In this document: positions 62,458 through 64,000 of the stretch, piece after piece | Numbering within the stretch: position 1 is the first letter of the stretch | How the letters are laid out: each line of letters starts with the position of its first letter | NCBI GenBank assembly: GCA_963849325.1 | Contig: CAWKHF010000007.1 | Coordinates: 1-64,000 of the forward strand | Reading direction: 5' to 3' | Length of the DNA stretch: 64,000 nt | Source: an uncultured Planctomycetota bacterium | GTDB lineage: Bacteria; Planctomycetota; Planctomycetia; Gemmatales; Gemmataceae | Made by a program: the position numbers and the translations under genes | The notes under the pieces: generated by a model | What the model was told of the DNA's origin: nothing | Databases searched by the model: none | Seen by the model: only the letters and a program-made list of their open reading frames with translations

Positions 62458-62952
62458 ATGAATGGCTGCAAAGTGATCGAGACGGCATTGGCTTCGACTC
62501 AGCACATCCTGCCCATGTATTTGAGCGATTTGACGGACGCCGACCTGTTGGTTCGGCCCGTGCCGGGGGCCAATCACATCGCCTGGCAACTCGGCCACCT
62601 GATCGCATCGGAGATCCATTTGGTGCGAAGTCAACTGCCCAATGCGGCGTTTCCGGAATTGCCGGCCGGCTTCGCCGAGCAGCACGGCAAGGAGAAGGCG
62701 GCGCAGGAGCCGCCCAAGGGGTTCGGCGGTAAGGAGCAATACGTCGCGCTCTTCAACCGCGTCCGCGAAGCCACCAAGGCGGCGGCGGCCAAGCTCTCGG
62801 AAGCCGACCTCGATCGGCCCACCAAGGGCGACATGGCCCCATTCGCGCCCACGCTGGGCGCGTTCATGGTGCTCGTTTCCAACCACACGCTGATGCACGT
62901 GGGGCAGTTCAGCGCCGTCCGCCGCAAGCTGGGCAAGCCGGTGCTGTTCTGA
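62458..62952 (+). CDS. DinB family protein
   Basis: NHIAWQLGHL...HTLMHVGQ. Confidence 0.88.
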   Translation: MNGCKVIETALASTQHILPMYLSDLTDADLLVRPVPGANHIAWQLGHLIASEIHLVRSQLPNAAFPELPAGFAEQHGKEKAAQEPPKGFGGKEQYVALFNRVREATKAAAAKLSEADLDRPTKGDMAPFAPTLGAFMVLVSNHTLMHVGQFSAVRRKLGKPVLF

Positions 62953-62959
62953 GAACCAT

Positions 62960-63024
62960 GTTTAGCCGCGACGCGCAGCGGAGCGCGGGACTCTCCCGCG
63001 CTCCGCTGCGCGTCGCGGCTAAAC
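62960..63024. repeat. REP-like palindrome family A
   Basis: GTTTAGCCGCGACGCGCAGCGGAGCGCGGGA...TCCCGCGCTCCGCTGCGCGTCGCGGCTAAAC. Confidence 0.92.
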
Positions 63025-63041
63025 GAAGGACATTAACCAAG

Positions 63042-64000
63042 ATGGGTACCACCGAAACCGTGCGGATCCCCGAGTACAACGTCACCGGCCAGGACTACCG
63101 AGACCGTCGACACTTCCGCTACACCGGCCCGCCGCTGATCGACATTCACGCCCACGTCATGCGGCCGCGCAATCCCGAGAAGCCGGAAGTCGTGGTCGAG
63201 GACAACCTGGACCAGGCCCGGACGATGCTCGCCGTGGCCGAGGAGTTCGGCGTCGGCCGCATCTACTCCATGTGTCCGCCCGACGACATCGCCATGCTGC
63301 GCGAAGCGTTCGGCGATCGTCTCGGCTTCAACGGCCCCATCAATAAGAAGCGCGACGAGCCGGACGACGCGGCGTATCGTCTGCTCGACCGCTTTCTGGA
63401 GCAGGGCGTCGAGATCATCAAGTTCTGGGCGGCGCCGCGCGGCCGGGATCGTGGTCTGTTCGTCGATGCTCCCTGGCGCATCGAGGCGGCGCGGCGAGCC
63501 CAAGCGGCCGGCGTTCGCCTCGTCATGGTACACGTCGCCGACCCCGACCTCTGGTTCGAGAAAGTGTATACCGATGTCGTGCGCTATGGCACCAAGGCCG
63601 ACCAGTACGTCGGCTTGCGGCGGATGCTGGAGATGTTTCCGGACCTGACCTGGATCGCGGCGCACATGGGCGGCGATCCCGAGCACGCCGATCGCCTCGA
63701 AGCGATGCTGGAGCGTTATCCGAACCTGTACCTCGACACCAGCGCGGCCAAGTGGCAGGTCCGCGAGGTTTCGGCCCACCGCGACGCCATCCGGGCGCTG
63801 ATGTGCCGGCAGCCGGCGCGCTTTCTGTTCGGCTCGGACCTGGTGACGCGGCCCGGACTCGACCGCGAGCACTACGTCAGCCGTTACTGGTGCGAGCGCA
63901 CCCTCTGGGAGAGCGACTGGGAGTATCCAAGCCCCATTCAAGACCCCGATTACCCGCTATCGGCCGATGGCCCATCGACGCCGATGCTGCGCGGCCTAGC
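63042..64000 (+). CDS. Amidohydrolase family protein (runs off the window)
   Basis: From ATG 63042: IDIHAH, IIKFW, MVHVADPD, AAHMGG, YLDTSA, LFGSD. Missed by the ORF track because there is no stop in the window. Confidence 0.9.
   Translation, partial: MGTTETVRIPEYNVTGQDYRDRRHFRYTGPPLIDIHAHVMRPRNPEKPEVVVEDNLDQARTMLAVAEEFGVGRIYSMCPPDDIAMLREAFGDRLGFNGPINKKRDEPDDAAYRLLDRFLEQGVEIIKFWAAPRGRDRGLFVDAPWRIEAARRAQAAGVRLVMVHVADPDLWFEKVYTDVVRYGTKADQYVGLRRMLEMFPDLTWIAAHMGGDPEHADRLEAMLERYPNLYLDTSAAKWQVREVSAHRDAIRALMCRQPARFLFGSDLVTRPGLDREHYVSRYWCERTLWESDWEYPSPIQDPDYPLSADGPSTPMLRGL

Noticed and set aside
60546-62732. Long antisense ORFs (also 12984-14486, 18012-19793, 36045-37694, 53011-54630, 63033-63941)
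   Set aside because: Shadow ORFs opposite well-supported genes in high-GC DNA, with no motifs of their own.

Overview
High-GC bacterial chromosome segment. The gene content (PVC-type dehydrogenase, DUF4838, HEAT/CxxCH proteins, AsmA-like protein, several palindromic repeat families) suggests a planctomycete; this is inferred, not verified. Many genes are split by single-base frameshifts, most likely long-read consensus errors, so several calls are stitched across frames. (1) 1-7716: the right part of an integrative element inserted at the 3' end of tRNA-His. It carries an XRE regulator, two AlpA-like HTHs, an AEP primase/PriCT-1 followed by a Cys-rich region, a perfect 24-bp inverted repeat, a DUF433/BrnT-like/XRE toxin-antitoxin trio, and a tyrosine integrase with an excisionase-like HTH inserted inside it. 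(2) 7.8-14.5 kb: large ABC substrate-binding protein, RHH-zinc-finger protein, FliA/WhiG sigma factor, malQ. (3) 14.5-20.1 kb: an McrBC-type defence locus. Its McrB carries two HhH-like domains plus a DUF2461-like domain, and a membrane-anchored gene sits between mcrB and mcrC. (4) 23.4-38.6 kb: tail-specific protease, then one operon joining a caa3-type oxidase, a duplicated membrane protein, a diheme cytochrome c, Rieske, cytochrome b-c and a CtaG-FeS fusion, followed by DUF4838. (5) 38.6-64 kb: housekeeping and lineage-specific genes, plus a ~225-nt rod-like candidate ncRNA at 58971-59195. No CRISPR array or rRNA seen.
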